A DNA stretch of 35,362 nucleotides from Asterionella formosa. Taxonomy: Eukaryota. This document shows, piece after piece, positions 33,027-35,362 of this stretch. The stretch spans positions 1 through 35,362 of the forward strand of contig NKIB01000089.1 in the NCBI GenBank assembly GCA_002256025.1, given 5' to 3'. The translations under genes and the position numbers were made by a program. Under the pieces are notes generated by a model that was not told the origin of the DNA, searched no databases, and saw only the letters and a list, made by a program, of their open reading frames with translations. Numbering within the stretch: the first letter of the stretch is position 1; every line of letters starts with the position of its first letter.

Positions 33027-35362
33027 TTATCCTTCTTGTCGACCGCAGGCACCTCCTTCAGACTTGAGAAATTCCAAAGAAGGAACATCCTCTGAGAGAA
33101 TGGAACTATCTTCGTCGTCTTTGCCTTGCGGAATCACTCTGGTGATATGCTTGGTTGGAGGCACAGATTTCAGACCAGGTTGGACATGATCCTGCTGGAG
33201 GGAGATAGAATGTGGGAGCTTGATGATAGACCAGGTTTCACCTAAAGTTTCATCTGGGTTCCTATCTCGCTGGAGGGTCAGATGTGGACCCTTCTCGACC
33301 TGCTTATGATCCTTGCAGTTGACCCCAAGCAACTTCATATTCGATTTTTCAACAGACTTGAGAAATTCCAAAGAAGGACCAGCATCTGAGGCATCCTCTG
33401 AGGCGATGGAAATATCTTCTTCGTCTTTGCTTTGTCGATTAGCCTTGGTGGTGTGCTTTGTTAAGGCCACAGGTTTGAGGGCAGGGTCTAATACTGGAGG
33501 TGGTCGATGAACAAAAACCACAGTGGCATTGCCACTGTTTTCCTTACGCGCATTTTTCTCTGATTGAGCTGCTGATTCAAGAACTGAATCATGAGTATTT
33601 GAATCATAATTCTTGGTGCTCCGGTAAAATCTCAAGTGGACAGGATTTTTGACCGGACTAGAAATATTGTTAAGCAAAACTGGTGGAGTTTGGACCACAG
33701 CTTCTTTGGCCTTTACAATGTTCTTTTCCTTTGAAGAAATCAAGGTTTCTTGCTCGATGTTTTTACGCCCCTCATTGTTAATGTTGGTCAAAGGTGGTGA
33801 AGGTAGGACCTGAACATCAACAATTCTCTTGGAGTCAAACCTGTTGGAAACGCCAAAAGTAGGGTCTTGAAAACTGTGCATCCACTTTGCACTCTCTTCC
33901 ACACCCTTGTTCCCAGTGAGAGGCGACTTGCTATAATTTTTCGTCAAATCTTCATTTGACGATGGGGACAACACTCGTTCCGCATACTGCAAGCACTCCT
34001 GACGAAATTGGTGGTAGGCTGCATCAGCCTGATAGAGCAAGCTTGAAATATTTGCTGTGTTAGTGACACCCTTGAAACTACCTTGAGAGCTGAACCTTTG
34101 AGTGGTGATTACTCGGCGTGAAGCAAGAGTTCCTGCTAGGTCAAATTGTTTCGACCTTATCCCATGGTGGGACAGGATGAGTTCCAGCTTGATCGCATTC
34201 TGGTTACTTTTGTCGAAATTGACAACAGAAGGCAGTTCAGGATTGACACAATGGAGGAGGTCATTCTTTGAGGCAGCTGCCTTTGACTCACTACTATCAT
34301 CATCTGTTAGACTAATCACATCATTGTCCTTGGAAGAAATTCGTGATTTCTTGGAAATAGAACTAGAAGGGGGCCAGGTAGCCTTCGATCGTTTCTTGAT
34401 TATTGGCACAGCAACTTGTTGGGACTCCGGTTTGGAGACCAATTTGCTGGAGGTGGCAGCTGATTTGGAATCCGGTTTGGATACTTTTTTCCTGTTTATG
34501 GCAGCTGGTTTAGAGTCTGGTTTCGATACTTTTTTGCTGGGAATCGCGGCTGGTTTGCAGTCCGATTCAGATTCTTCGTAAGGATTAGTTACAGGCATTG
34601 ATGCAACATCTCGGCTCCTGGCTGTTGACTTCGCAGCGTTGTAAGCACCTGCCTTGGATGTGATGGCTTTGGTAGCATCATGCTTGGGAGTAGCCTTGGC
34701 AGAAGGCTTGAGTGCAACAGCTTTTGCAGCAACAGCTCTTGGAAGAGTCTTCATCCTCGTCTTTGCAGCTTTCTTTGGAACACTCTTCTGCAACACTCGG
34801 GATTGGGCCTGTGTTGATCCTGCTGTAACTATAGAAGCAGCCTTTTGCAAAGTGCCTCTCCTCGCACGCTTTCCGAGCGCATAAGAAGGCGCTTCCAAGC
34901 GGGCATACTCTGATCTGATAGCTGCCTTCGCATTCATCACCTCTGTCAGGCGATGAATGCAAAAATAGAAATGTGTGAATGAATAAATGAATATGAATAC
35001 AGCATATAAAGTAAACGAACATACCTTTTGGTTGCTTGTAGATGAAACCCCCAATGGGAAGAAACATCGAGTACACATAGGCTTGCTCTTCCAATTGATG
35101 ATCAAGAAGATCATAATGAGTGGCTGAAAGAAGACTCCCAGTTATATTTGTTCGCAAACGCACGATAGGAAAGGTCTCGAAATTTGCTGGTTCTGGCATA
35201 TCAGGTCCATAATTGTATGAATCAACATCGCCATCGTTCTTGTTCCTCTCATCATGAAGAAGGTTTTCAAGAGGATGATTGATCCTGTCCATCCAAGGAA
35301 TAGGATTGCAGTGTACAAATCCCAAGGATTTATACCACTCAACCGCATTGCCCAGCACCTGC
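33027..35362 (-). CDS. Large transposon-associated ORF (5' end outside window): GNAT-like motif, Lys/Ala-rich region, internal repeats
   Basis: complement(join(33027..34942,35025..>35362)); the GTATGT...ACAG intron at 34943-35024 joins KQPK-E-VMNAK in frame. Contains GNAVEWYKSLGF, KPDSKPAA repeats and two SLEFLKS repeats, with a frameshifted third repeat running to about 32936. Confidence 0.7.

Noticed and set aside
34102..34884. Plus-strand ORFs of 159 and 76 aa
   Set aside because: Antisense shadows of the low-complexity minus-strand ORF.

Overview
Eukaryotic genomic DNA, most likely a diatom or related ochrophyte (short GT-AG introns, a signal peptide followed by an ASAFAP-like plastid motif, diatom-type transposons). 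A compact island of six host genes lies at 12.5-24.4 kb: a PAPST1/SLC35B2-like transporter, a plastid-targeted DUF3727-like protein, RPS23, a PNUTS-like PP1 regulator, a Pro-rich VPPG-repeat protein and a Swc6/Ies6-like YL1_C protein. Nested, decayed mobile DNA flanks it. On the left: a Ty3/Gypsy relic interrupted by a 1-kb TIR element with a 9-10 bp TSD, two outward-facing tRNA-derived Pol III units (one beside a highly structured GC-rich segment), and a piggyBac-like transposase pseudogene with a 2.85-kb CGTCTGC-ended TIR element (2-bp TSD, internal tandem arrays) inserted just upstream of it. On the right: a second diverged copy of that element, a degenerate repeat resembling a micro-exon array, and a Plavaka/CACTA-like transposase relic facing an intron-containing ORF with a GNAT-like motif and an H1-like Lys/Ala region. 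All family assignments are by eye; no searches were run.
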